DNA from: Octopus bimaculoides
Taxonomy: Eukaryota
Direction of reading: 5' to 3'
DNA length: 64,000 nucleotides
Assembly: GCF_001194135.2 (NCBI RefSeq)
Contig: NC_068992.1
Location: 37,611,763 to 37,675,762 of the forward strand
Shown here: positions 52,030-64,000 of the stretch, piece by piece
Layout: each line of letters opens with the position of its first letter
Position numbering within the stretch: the first letter of the stretch is position 1
Notes under the pieces: model-generated
Database searches by the model: none
What the model was told of the DNA's origin: nothing
What the model saw: only the letters and a program-made list of their open reading frames with translations
Made by a program: the position numbers and the translations under genes

Positions 52030-54700
52030 CTGGAATGGGATAGCTTACCTCATGGGTAGGTAGAAGCTCTTGAACCTTGGTTGGTAATCTACCTAGGAGA
52101 AGGAAATCTCTGAAATAAAACCTGAGGTCTTGAAAGTTCCTGGTTTTTGTCAATTTTCATGTCATACTGGCGAAAGTTTTCTTGGGCCAATAGGTGGGGG
52201 TAATGCAGTGCAAGCTAGACCACTGAAAATTCTTCATCTGCACAGGTACAGCCTGTACACCAAATCTTAGTAAAATCATTGAATTGGTTGGTTGACAGAA
52301 ACCTAAAAATGCACTTGTAACTTACTGTAAAATGTTTCAAACAGATTCAGTAAATGGCAAAAAAGGCTTGAGAACGTCAGGGGAACAGGTCTGGCCAGGC
52401 AGGTGTCCCAGTGTATCACAGGCTGGACCCGGTCGTCATCCTGCCACTGTGGTCAAACAATCTCCAAGAAAAAGTAAAAATAAACATTCTTTGAATCTTG
52501 ACTGTTGGAATGTGTGCACACTTCTTGATGATAATTTCAACAAGAGACCAGACAGGTGTACTGCACTTATTGCTTATGAGCTTCAGAAATATTCCCTTGA
52601 TATAGTTGTGCTCTCTGAAACTCATCTCTCTGGTGAGGGTCAAGTAAATGAACCTACTTATAGATATACTATCTTTTAGTGAGGCCTACCTAAGGGTCAG
52701 TGTAGAGAATCTGGTATTGGGTTTGCTCTCAAGAATATATTAGTGTCCTCCCTTGCAGAGCTTCCAAGTGGTATATCTGAACGAATCATGTCATGCCATA
52801 TTAAACTGACAAAAAGTAGGTTTCTTACCATTGTCAGTATTTATGCACCAACAATGTCCCATTCTGATGAAACTGTACAACAATTTTATGATGATCTAGC
52901 ATGATTATTGAGGAAAGTACCAATTTCTGACAAGCTGGTCATATTGGGAGATTTCAATGCAAGAGTTGGAAAGGACTATGTTTCATGGCCTGTTTTAGGT
53001 TGACATGGGATTGGAAAATGTAATAAAAATGGAGTAGCTCTTTTGATGTTTTGTACTGAGAATAATCTGGTTGTCACCAACACTCTGTTTAAGCAGAAAA
53101 ATAAATATAAAACCACTTGGATGCACCCAAGATCTAAGCACTGGCATCTCATAGATTATATTCTGATCAGAAAATGTGATATGAAAGACATTTCTANNNN
53201 NNNNNNNNNNNNNNNNNNNNNNNNNNNNNNNNNNNNNNNNNNNNNNNNNNNNNNNNNNNNNNNNNNNNNNNNNNNNNNNNNNNNNNNNNNNNNNNNNNNN
53301 NNNNNNNNNNNNNNNNNNNNNNNNNNNNNNNNNATGTTGCAAACTTTAAATTATCGAGCAACTTACAAAGATTCCATGATGCTATAGAAAGTATCAATCT
53401 TGACCCAAACAATCTATGGGAAGATTTCAAAACAAAAGTATTTCAGGCTGCAAGTTTGTCAGTGGGATTTAAATCACGTCAGTCCAGTGACTGGTTCTCA
53501 GATAGATCAGCAGAAATTCATGATCTACTTTCAGAAAAAAAAAACTTAGCCAATACTCCTTTCTCAGTCCTTGAACCCCAACTCAAACGAAGCTTACAGA
53601 AAGTTGAAAAGGAAAGTGCAGACTGCTCTAAGGAAAATTAAACAGGAATAGTGGAATAATAGAGCAAAAGGAGCATGCAGCTGATAGAAATGATGCCAAG
53701 GGTTTGTACTCTTATGTTAAGGAGCTATATGGCCTAAAATCTTCTTCAATAGCTCCAGTGAGAAAAGCAAATGGACGTTTGCTTCTAACTGACACCACTT
53801 CTATTCATAAGTGCTGGGTAGAACATTTTTCTGCACTCTTGAATAGACCATCATCTGCTGACATGAGGAAGATAGAAAAAATCGAACACCTTCCAGTTAT
53901 AGAAGAGATGGCATTTGAACCAAACTCTAAATGACGTTTATTTAGCTGTGAATAAGCTGAATAACAATAAGTCTCCAGGGTCTGATGGAATCTGTGCAGA
54001 AGTCTTGAAATATGGGGGTGATAAAATGTGTGAACTCTTAAATATATTAATTTGTTACTGTTGGAGAACTGAGAAAGTGCTCAAAACCGGGTTAATGCCA
54101 TTTTAGTCTCCTTGTATAAATCGGTGTCAAAGGATCTGTGTAGTAATTTTCGTGGGATTTTGCATTTGTCTGTGGTTGGAAAGGTACTTGCCTGCATTTT
54201 GTTAGAACGTTTAAATACCTTCATAGTTCTAAATATAGTGTCTGAGTCTCAGTGTGGTTTTCATTCCTCCAGGGGCACAGCTAATTGTATCTTTACTGTC
54301 AGACAGTTACAAGAAAAGTGCATTGAACAGAATCTTGTTCTATATAATTGCTTTGTTGATTTGAGCAAAGCATTCGATACTGTTAATCAAAATGCTCTGT
54401 GAATAATTCTAAGGAAAATAGGTTGCCCAGATAAATTTGCAAACATAATCAGGGATTTGCATCAAGATATGAAAGCTAGAGTTAACTTTGGTGGTAGGCT
54501 CTCTGAATCTTTTGCTGTGGAAAATGGAGTAAAGCAAGGAGAACTTGATGCACCCACCCTTCTAGCAATATACTTAGCTGTTGTGTTGTCACGTGCTTTT
54601 CAAAATTCTGAGGAGGGTATTTACATAAAATATCGAACAACAGGGAATATTTTTAATCTGACCAGACTGATATTCAAAACGAATATTAGGGAACTTTTGT
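52030..54700 (+). mobile_element. RTE LINE, 3'-truncated just before the YADD motif
   Basis: CWNVCTLLD, VLSETH, YAPT, GDFNARVG, SKHWHLIDY, QCGF, VDLSKAFD, GVKQG, RELLY|. Confidence 0.88.
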
Positions 54701-54702
54701 AC

Positions 54703-54868
54703 ATACATACATCCATACAAACAAACAAAAATACCCTGTTGTTGATGTTGAAATGCCAATGAAGGAACCTTCGATCTTGGATAGAAACCGGTTCTTTCCC
54801 TATTGGCAAGAAATTTTTAAACTGACTGACTGATTGACTGACATACATACATACATACATACATACAT
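54703..54868 (+). repeat. Dong 3'-UTR unit plus (ACTG)/(CATA) tail
   Basis: Homologous to the units at 47597-47960. Confidence 0.75.
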
Positions 54869-57800
54869 GATGGCCATCCACTCATGACCGAGGAAGACCA
54901 TTGCCAACCTTCAGGAACATTCTGCGCTCTAGTACTAACTTACATTTTGCATTTCGTTGGTGGCTAATGAGCCCTGCTCTTGATAAGCATACATGACTGC
55001 AAACATTGCAGATTAAGCTTTCCCCATTCACTATACGAGCCGTGCACTTTCGCGCAGCTCGCTTAAATTCTTCATGCTGGATACGTGCTCTCTCAAAAGT
55101 GTTGATTCCCTCCTTAACCTGCTTCCATCTGTGGCGATGACAGGCATTGTTCTCCCAGTCAGTGTCCTGCATATCACAGGCCTTTAATGAGGACTTGACA
55201 CAGTCCTTAAAGCGCAGCCTTGGTTTCTGCCGGAGTCTCCTTTCATTCACAAGTTCTCCATAGAGCATCTGCTTAGGNNNNNNNNNNNNNNNNNNNNNNN
55301 NNNNNNNNNNNNNNNNNNNNNNNNNNNNNNNNNNNNNNNNNNNNNNNNNNNNNNNNNNNNNNNNNNNNNNNNNNNNNNNNNNNNNNNNNNNNNNNNNNNN
55401 NNNNNNNNNNNNNNNNNNNNNNNNNNNNNNNNNNNNNNNNNNNNNNNNNNNNNNNNNNNNNNNNNNNNNNNNNNNNNNNNNNNNNNNNNNNNNNNNNNNN
55501 NNNNNNNNNNNNNNNNNNNNNNNNNNNNNNNNNNNNNNNNNNNNNNNNNNNNNNNNNNNNNNNNNNNNNNNNNNNNNNNNNNNNNNNNNNNNNNNNNNNN
55601 NNNNNNNNNNNNNNNNNNNNNNNNNNNNNNNNNNNNNNNNNNNNNNNNNNNNNNNNNNNNNNNNNNNNNNNNNNNNNNNNNNNGGGACCAGACACGAGAC
55701 TGAAGAGACCGGAAGGAATTAGTTGCTCTCTGCAACCTGAAACATATTTCCTCATCCAGGGAGCAAGAATGGCTGAGTGTGCTGCCCAGGTAGACAAACT
55801 TATCTACTACCTTCAGAATTGTTCCTTCAACCAAGATAGCTGGTTTCACATATGGATTTCCTGGTGCAGGCTGGAACATTACAACAGTCTTGTCCAGGCT
55901 AATGCCAAGTCCAAATGCCTTGCAAGAAGCAGAAATGCAATTCATGAGTATTTGCATGTCATCCACTGTATGAGTGACTAAGTCACAGTCATCTGCATAA
56001 AGGAGGTCACGAATAATAGACTGGAGAACCTTTGAATTGGCAGCAAACCAGCGAAGATTAAAGAGGCGGCCAGAAGATCGATATCTGACATAAATTGCCA
56101 GAGAGCTAACCTTAACAAAAGCATGAGTAAAAGCAGCAGCAAAGTACAAAGAAAAGAGAGTTGGGGCAAGGATGTCACCCTGCTTGACACCATTCTCTAC
56201 AGGAATGGGTCCCGCCATGCCACCGCCAACATTGATCCAAGCCTCCATCCCATCATGAAATGATTTAATTATAGATATAAAGTGATCTGGACATCCAAGT
56301 TTGCCAAGTATTTTCCATAGAAAGGCCCTATTTACAGTATCAAAGGCCTTTGTTAAATCAATGAATACCTGGACAAGATCCNNNNNNNNNNNNNNNNNNN
56401 NNNNNNNNNNNNNNNNNNNNNNNNNNNNNNNNNNNNNNNNNNNNNNNNNNNNNNNNNNNNNNNNNNNNNNNNNNNNNNNNNNNNNNNNNNNNNNNNNNNN
56501 NNNNNNNNNNNNNNNNNNNNNNNNNNNNNNNNNNNNNNNNNNNNNNNNNNNNNNNNNNNNNNNNNNNNNNNNNNNNNNNNNNNNNNNNNNNNNNNNNNNN
56601 NNNNNNNNNNNNNNNNNNNNNNNNNNNNNNNNNNNNNNNNNNNNNNNNNNNNNNNNNNNNNNNNNNNNNNNNNNNNNNNNNNNNNNNNNNNNNNNNNNNN
56701 NNNNNNNNNNNNNNNNNNNNNNNNNNNNNNNNNNNNNNNNNNNNNNNNNNNNNNNNNNNNNNNNNNNNNNNNNNNNNNNNNNNNNNNNNNNNNNNNNNNN
56801 NNNNNNNNNNNNNNNNNNNNNNNNNNNNNNNNNNNNNNNNNNNNNNNNNNNNNNNNNNNNNNNNNNNNNNNNNNNNNNNNNNNNNNNNNNATGTCATTAC
56901 TTCATCTATTGAGGGCGAAGAGTCTAAGGAGCCAATGATAGGTCTTTGTTGCATAGTATCAATCATTGTTTCATCCACAATTGACTCATGGTTTAGGAGT
57001 TCAGAGAAGTGTTCGATCCAGCGACCTGTGATTTCTGTTAATTTAGTAAACAGGGTGGAAGACTCCTTGGAAAGCAAAGGAGCTGATGTGGAGCTCTTAG
57101 GTCCATAAGCTCGCTTCATAAGATGGTAAAGCTTGTTGCTGTCATTTGCATCAGCAGCAGCCTGAACATCACAAGCAAGATCCTCCCACCAAGTGTTCTG
57201 CATCTTCCTGAGAGATCGCTGCAATAGTGATTTTACAGTGTTATAGTGGGCAAGTGCTAGACTTCGCTGCACAGTACACAGTTCTCTGTGTAGCAATATA
57301 CTGTGAGCATGGCGCTTTACCACCAACAGTCGCTGAACTTCAGCATCATTCTCGTCAAACCAGTCTCTGTGTCCGGCAGTAACATATCCCAGGGTTTCGG
57401 CTGCACATTGTAGAATGTGGTCTCGAAAATCCTCCCATGCTGCAGCAGTTTCAATGCTGGACAAGCGAGTCTGAAGTTCTTTCCTAACCACAACATCATA
57501 TACCTTGTGGACATTTAGACGGCGAGGAATGCTGACTGGTCCTCTTCTCTCTTTTACTCTAATTACCATTCGGAACTTTGCTCGCACCAGACTGTGGTCT
57601 GTCCAGCATTCTGATCCAGCATTCTGATCAATGTCGCGCTTGCGGATGATGACATAATCCAGCAAGTGCCAAACTTTGGACCTTGGGTGCATCCATGTTG
57701 TTGTGTGATCACCTTTGTGCATAAAATGAGTGCTTGCGATGTAAAGTCCATGTTCTTCGCAAAGCTCCAGTAGCATGAGACCATTGCTATTCATTTTCCC

Positions 57801-59412
57801 TACTCCAAAATGTCCTAGAGAGTTCCATATTTGCCAGTCTGTTCCAACTCTGGCATTAAAATACCCCAGTAGAATGACTTTATCAGAATTGGTAATTTTT
57901 CTAAGTATGGCTCTCAGCTGGGTATAAAACATTGTTTTATCTTCATCACAGCTAGTCAAAGTAGGTGCATAAGCACTTATTAGAGTAGCAAACTGCCTAC
58001 CTTTCAAGTGCAACCGTAGCGTCATTATACGTTCATTTATAGGAACAGGGAGCTCTTCCAACTTCTTAAGGNNNNNNNNNNNNNNNNNNNNNNNNNNNNN
58101 NNNNNNNNNNNNNNNNNNNNNNNNNNNNNNNNNNNNNNNNNNNNNNNNNNNNNNNNNNNNNNNNNNNNNNNNNNNNNNNNNNNNNNNNNNNNNNNNNNNN
58201 NNNNNNNNNNNNNNNNNNNNNNNNNNNNNNNNNNNNNNNNNNNNNNNNNNNNNNNNNNNNNNNNNNNNNNNNNNNNNNNNNNNNNNNNNNNNNNNNNNNN
58301 NNNNNNNNNNNNNNNNNNNNNNNNNNNNNNNNNNNNNNNNNNNNNNNNNNNNNNNNNNNNNNNNNNNNNNNNNNNNNNNNNNNNNNNNNNNNNNNNNNNN
58401 NNNNNNNNNNNNNNNNNNNNNNNNNNNNNNNNNNNNNNNNNNNNNNNNNNNNNNNNNNNNNNNNNNNNNNNNNNNNNNNNNNNNNNNNNNNNNNNNNNNN
58501 NNNNNNNNNNNNNNNNNNNNNNNNNNNNNNNNNNNNNNNNNNNNNNNNNNNNNNNNNNNNNNNNNNNNNNNNNNNNNNNNNNNNNNNNNNNNNNNNNNNN
58601 NNNNNNNNNNNNNNNNNNNNNNNNNNNNNNNNNNNNNNNNNNNNNNNNNNNNNNNNNNNNNNNNNNNNNNNNNNNNNNNNNNNNNNNNNNNNNNNNNNNN
58701 NNNNNNNNNNNNNNNNNNNNNNNNNNNNNNNNNNNNNNNNNNNNNNNNNNNNNNNNNNNNNNNNNNNNNNNNNNNNNNNNNNNNNNNNNNNNNNNNNNNN
58801 NNNNNNNNNNNNNNNNNNNNNNNNNNNNNNNNNNNNNNNNNNNNNNNNNNNNNNNNNNNNNNNNNNNNNNNNNNNNNNNNNNNNNNNNNNNNNNNNNNNN
58901 NNNNNNNNNNNNNNNNNNNNNNNNNNNNNNNNNNNNNNNNNNNNNNNNNNNNNNNNNNNNNNNNNNNNNNNNNNNNNGCAAGCATCCTCACCAGGGTAGC
59001 CTGGTGGGGGTGCCAGTTTAGTCGCCGGCAACCCGACCATGCAACAGGTTGTACTGGATTACATGTTACCAGTAGCACTTATGAGAGCCTCATACGTGAC
59101 CTGACACATGCGAGGGCACGGTGTAGGCGAAACCGCAACAGGGACACCCGACGCCGGAGGGACTGCGCGTCGAAGCCGTCCCCCATTGACCGAAGGCGTG
59201 ACTGCACACCAGCGTGGAGCAGGTTGCCCGCCACCGCGGAAGGCGGCGCGACGACGGCCGGAAAGGCGCCCGGGATGCCAAGTCCGACACCAACGCTACA
59301 GCCCTGTACAGGACCGCCGCTTTGCATGTAGACGTGTTCCGGCGCCCGGCGCGATGCTGAACAAACAGCGACGCGACTGCGCACGCGGGAGCGCGGCGAC
59401 ACACACGGCCCG
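54869..59412 (-). mobile_element. Probably full-length, young BovB-like RTE LINE with CpG-rich 5' UTR
   Basis: No stops in the sequenced parts of ORFs 56358-59078 and 55247-56248 (SAYAPTL, HLLDY, GVKQG, LLYADD, C-terminal CNVC...SHQR). acatacatacat on both flanks. Several N gaps. Confidence 0.85.
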
Positions 59413-59479
59413 ACATACATACATATATAAGTGTATGTATTTGTATACACTTATATCATATGAAGCACCACCATACTTT

Positions 59480-60385
59480 TTATGGGTAGGCACTAAAATA
59501 ATTAATCCAGCCCATAGCTTTGAGAGTTAATACCTTGATAACATTTTTGGACAGCTGCTAATCATACATAACATTTTCTATAGAAATGTGACATAATAGA
59601 CATTTTTGGTTACATTTGGGGTCTCCAAGTGCTTCATTATCTCTTTTGTTTATTAGTATTTTGTAGCAATCTCTTGCATTTGGATTGCAAATGCATAGCC
59701 TTCAAAGTGTGGGATGATGTAGTAGTCACAAGTTCAAGAAAGGCTGCACTTCATATCGATATTAATGTCATCTTTAAGTCTTGAGGAAACATACCAATGT
59801 ATAATCATTTTTTTTTTTTTGGTATGTTGAGACTTTCACATTCAAATCTTCTTTGGGGTTGTATGCAAGGTTGTCAGGAAGAAAGTATAGTTGTCACATA
59901 GGATGTTGTTCTTTTTTCAGCACTAGCTCTATATATTTATTTTTACTGCTGTTGTTTAGCAGGTATTGTCTGAGAGACACTATACAACATTCAAAGGTTG
60001 TCTGCACTGATCTAAAGCTTCTACCTCCTTCATCTCTTCTAAGGTAGAACTTGTCAATATCACTATTTCTGTGAAAGTTTCCAACTGATGTCAGGATCTT
60101 GTAGGTTTTAATGTCTATGGAGTAGATTTCTCTGCAGTCAGGTTGAGGTATCCCAAATATTAGTATCAGTACTAGTACTGCAAATGCATAGTGGGATTTG
60201 ACTTGTTGTAAGAGGAGAGTTCTTACTGCCATATTTTTCTAAGTCTAGTGTAATATTTTCAAGTCACTGTATCCTTGTACACAACACCATATGATTTGTA
60301 GCATTCTTTGTGTGCAACAGGGAGATTCTGGGTTTGGAAGACTGATTTTTCTTGCTCGTTAATCAAATATGAACAAATCTATGTA
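59480..60385 (-). mobile_element. R4/Dong-like RT fragment
   Basis: GNFHRNSDIDKFYLRRDEGGRSF, homologous to 48990-49450. Confidence 0.75.
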
Positions 60386-60491
60386 TATATGTATATATGG
60401 GGGAATTTACGAAAAAAAACAACAACAGACGAGGACAGGTGGTGTAAACAACAAAAGGATATATTAGTTTAACGCTCGGGAATACAGAAAG

Positions 60492-60528
60492 TCTTTAACG
60501 TTTTGAGCTACGCTCTTCAACAGAAAGA
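60492..60528 (-). ncRNA. Degenerate minimal type I hammerhead motif
   Basis: tcttt CTGTTGA a gagc-gta-gctc AAAA cgtt aaaga: 5-bp stem I, 4-bp stem II, two core deviations. Confidence 0.5.
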
Positions 60529-60601
60529 ATACAGAGAAAACAAGGAGAAAAACACGGAGAAAAAAAATTGAATGTTTTGTCAGCGATCAATCATGGCAAC
60601 T

Positions 60602-60691
60602 GCCAGACAGGAAGTTTCCGGACAGGAAGTTGCCGGACAGAAAGTTGCCAGACAGGAAGTTGCCGGACAGGAAGTTGCCTGACAGGAAGTT
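60602..60691. repeat. 15-bp tandem array x6 (gccggacaggaagtt)
   Basis: Units at 60602, 60617, 60632, 60647, 60662 and 60677. Confidence 0.95.
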
Positions 60692-61199
60692 CACGCAGGA
60701 GAACTAGGAAAAAGGGGAGATAACAAAAGAGGAANNNNNNNNNNNNNNNNNNNNNNNNNNNNNNNNNNNNNNNNNNNNNNNNNNNNNNNNNNNNNNNNNN
60801 NNNNNNNNNNNNNNNNNNNNNNNNNNNNNNNNNNNNNNNNNNNNNNNNNNNNNNNNNNNNNNNNNNNNNNNNNNNNNNNNNNNNNNNNNNNNNNNNNNNN
60901 NNNNNNNNNNNNNNNNNNNNNNNNNNNNNNNNNNNNNNNNNNNNNNNNNNNNNNNNNNNNNNNNNNNNNNNNNNNNNNNNNNNNNNNNNNNNNNNNNNNN
61001 NNNNNNNNNNNNNNNNNNNNNNNNNNNNNNNNNNNNNNNNNNNNNNNNNNNNNNNNNNNNNNNNNNNNNNNNNNNNNNNNGGGAGGAGGGAGGTGGGTAT
61101 GTTTGCATGTATGTATGCATACGTATGTGTGTGTTGTATGTTATGTGTGTGTATGTGTGTGTATGTATGCATGTATGTATGTAGGTAGGTTTGTATGTA

Positions 61200-61860
61200 T
61201 CCATGTATGTATGTATGTATGTATGTATATGTCTTTTGTCTTTATTAATTAGAATTCTTCTTAGAAGGGAAGAACTGGTTTCTGACTTTTTGCTGGCATG
61301 ATGAATATTTCCTCTGAAAGTTTCTGTTTAAGTAGCTAAGTCTAGCCACTCTTGGTTCACAAGGAACAGCTATATGCTAAGAATACTTATTCAGGAGTTC
61401 TTTATCTAATCTCATGATGTAATTCCCTTCACTGTTGAGTACATGTGTGTTCTCTACTTATTCAGGAGCTGATGTCTATGTGATACAATGCAACACTTAT
61501 TAGAACAGTCTGAACTGATCTAATGCCTCTACCTTCATCCCTTCATTTAACAATGATCCTGTCAGTATCACTGCTAATGTGGAAATTACAAATAGTTCTC
61601 AGTACCTTCTTAGTATTGATATCCAAGTTCTGAAATTCTTCAAATGTCCAGTCTAGGATCTCAAATGTTGGTACTAGTACTGACCCTGTGCAACAACTGT
61701 AAGATATAATCATGTTGAACGAAGACTTCCATATATTCCAAAGTCTGCTGAAGTATTTTTTGTCACTCTAGCTTTATTTACAGCATCAATAGATGCAACA
61801 TCCTTGTTGATTCCAAGGTATTTGTGACATTCATCATTGACAAATCGGAAGATAGACAGG
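61200..61860 (-). mobile_element. Internally deleted R4/Dong-like fragment with 3' UTR
   Basis: Reverse complement has YKYLGINKD, LWNIWKSS, LVPT and the gtcagaaaccagttcttcc UTR unit followed by (CATA)n. Confidence 0.65.
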
Positions 61861-61890
61861 CATTGATATTCATATATATATATGTATATA

Positions 61891-62937
61891 CGGGGTGCAA
61901 TGGGTAAATTGCTGCCATTTTATATTTTTAATTTTATGCATGCACATTGTTTGTTTTTGATTTTGTCAACTACACAGTATAGTAGGGTCACTTGGGCAGC
62001 ATCTGTGAGCAAAACAGCACCATGACGCAATTCACTCTGCCACAAATTCAGAAACGACATGCTGTATTGTTTGGCATTTGCACCAGAAGTTCCAATACGA
62101 ACATTTCAGAGTGTTTGGGTGTCAATCTAACAACAGCGCATATACTGAGAGTGATAAAAATCAAACAGCCAGTCAACATCATGGTATTTGGAGTGATCAC
62201 TAGTGATGGTGATGTTATGCCTCCATTCATCTTCCCATACTGCCTCAGACTCAACACAGAGGACCACATCAAGTGCCTGGAGGAGGTAGTGCTACATGGG
62301 TCAAGAGGGTGGCTACTGGAAGACCTATATCTGGCAACAGGACTCTGCACCATGCCACACAAGCAGGAGAACCTAGTCATGGTTGTCAGACAATTTCTGC
62401 AACCACACTACCCCTNNNNNNNNNNNNNNNNNNNNNNNNNNNNNNNNNNNNNNNNNNNNNNNNNNNNNNNNNNNNNNNNNNNNNNNNNNNNNNNNNACCT
62501 ATATCTGGCAACAGGACTCTGCACCATGCCACACAAGCAGGAGAACCTAGTCATGGTTGTCAGACAATTTCTGCAACCACACTACCCCTAACATCTGCCC
62601 ACCAAACTCCCCAGACTGCAACCCTTTTGATTATTACATGTGGGGTGCAGTTGAGCAAGAGACCAATAAAAATTCTTGTAATACTAAAGATGAACTGAAG
62701 GCAAGGATTATGGCAGCATTCACCAACTTAAACAAGGAGTCCGTCTAGAAGAGTTGCAGGAGATTCTGAAGTCTTCTGGAGGCTGTGGTTGAAGCCAATG
62801 GCGATTATATTGAATAAATTTACTCTTTAGTATTTCAAGATATTTTTATGCAATTTTAGTAAATAAATCTGTTAAATTGAGACGTCAGTGTTATCTTCAC
62901 TTTTGCATAATTTAGACAATATATTCACTGAACCCTG
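61891..62937 (+). mobile_element. Internally deleted maT/DD37D-like Tc1-mariner element
   Basis: TIRs cggggtgcaatgggtaaattg and caatatattcactgaaccctg flanked by TA. MVFGVITSDGDVMPPFIF; CPPNSPDCNPFDYYMWG. Confidence 0.8.
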
Positions 62938-63413
62938 TATATATACTTTTCTATTAAAGCTACAAAAACATCACAAAAAAACTGTTACTCAAAGATTCAC
63001 ATTTCCGTTCGTCGAACAGTTGTGATGAAGACTGAAATAAAATTATGATGGTACATGTAAAATATGATTTGATATAATTCAATTTTATGAACAAGTATTT
63101 GAATTTGATTGGGTAACTTATTTTCAAAACATAAACGGAGTTGCATTCATTAATGGTTGGGCAGGTTGGGGGTGTATAAATTGAACAGTAAAATATAAAT
63201 ATATTATCGGAAAAACCTTGAATGAAGAATTAATTAATCTCTTTCCAAAAGAGATTAATTAGTAAGTAATAATTAATAGAGGTATAAGTTTATTTTTATA
63301 AATTTAAAAACATCATTGATTAAAGAAGTTTCTAGGTTGAAGAATTCAATAACAAGTTTATGGTACATTCAGACATTTTTTTTTTTCTGAGATCCTAAAA
63401 GGATTATAGTACA

Positions 63414-63973
63414 TGTGTATATAAAGACACCACTAAAGTGGACTGTTAATGTGCTAGAAGAAGATCACTTAAAAAAAAAAAAGAAAATTTTTCTGGATCT
63501 TCTAAATCTTTTAATGTGTTGGTTTCCTGGTATTAAATTGATATTAATTAATATCAAATTTTTACGCTATTATGTTAATTAACCATAATCACATTTCTAA
63601 AAGTTGGTAAATTCAAAGCATAAATTATTTTCTGCAGAGATATTTCCGGATTCAGCGTGCCAAAACTAAGACTTTTGAATTTTACTCTTTATAATTGATA
63701 GAATCACGTGCACGTTATCACTTATTGGAGACAACTATCATGAGATTCTGTTGGATTATAATCATGTTGGCCGTCTGTACTGATGACAAACAGATACTTT
63801 CGTTAAGAAAGTGTTGATTTTGAAACCATGGTCTACAGATAACAAGGTATTTATAATTTTCACTAGTCTCACCCGCCTGTTTTTGCTCCACTGAATCTTT
63901 CTTTGAGAATTTTTTAAGTGATCTTCTTCTAGCACATTAACAGTCCACTTTAGTGGTCTCTTTTATATACACA
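63414..63973. mobile_element. MITE with ~60-bp near-perfect TIRs in TA/TG repeats
   Basis: ccactaaagtggactgttaatgtgctagaagaagatcacttaaaaaa (63430-63476) is the exact reverse complement of ~63910-63956. Confidence 0.85.
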
Positions 63974-64000
63974 CACATATATAATATATATATATATATA

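Larger units (their letters stand above)
60398..60735 (-). mobile_element. Penelope-like 3' terminus/pLTR
   Basis: Reverse complement ctgttgaagagcgtagctcaaaacgttaaagactttc...aattccccc into (TA)n, a PLE-type terminal motif. Confidence 0.6.

Noticed and set aside
58978-59092. HDV-like fold in the BovB-like 5' UTR (ccagt/actgg, gaCtaa; also 51420-51500)
   Set aside because: Only 11 nt between the putative P2 and P1 strands, too short for P3-L3-P3, and P1 pairing is poor.
59079-59530. Overlapping 100-140 aa ORFs in the GC-rich block as genes
   Set aside because: Open frames on both strands are expected from high GC; no recognisable domain.
60602-60691. 15-bp array or 42-bp array (6904) as a CRISPR-like locus
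   Set aside because: Contiguous tandem units with no unique spacers, eukaryotic context, no cas genes.
62325-62590. Direct duplications either side of small N gaps (also 19090-19180)
   Set aside because: Typical unmerged contig overlaps, so assembly artefacts.

Overview
Eukaryotic, AT-rich window almost saturated with repeats, with several N gaps from a short-read assembly. The SINE, RTE and microsatellite families look like those of octopods (Octopus sp.); this is pattern recognition, not a database result. No bacterial-type features, rRNA, true tRNA genes or CRISPR arrays are supported. Contents: about 10 RTE-clade LINE copies or fragments (one apparently full-length and young), several R4/Dong-like RLE non-LTR copies tied to (CATA)n tracts, two Penelope-like pieces, a decayed Gypsy LTR element, 6 Tc1/mariner-superfamily relics, and a Chapaev3 transposon nested in a long-TIR element. 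There are also tRNA-type SINEs and a long-TIR MITE. Host coding sequence is limited to one well-supported minus-strand exon (27284-27403, possibly IQCH-like) and one or two weaker exons, so the window is probably a large intronic region. Most notable: an 83-bp microhomology-flanked templated copy of the local Gypsy relic 15 kb away, a degenerate HDV-like ribozyme at an RTE 5' end, a minimal hammerhead in a Penelope tail, a twin-priming-type inverted Penelope, and (CATA)n-centred TE nesting. I found no convincing wholly new gene system. Most element boundaries are approximate unless TIRs or TSDs are cited.
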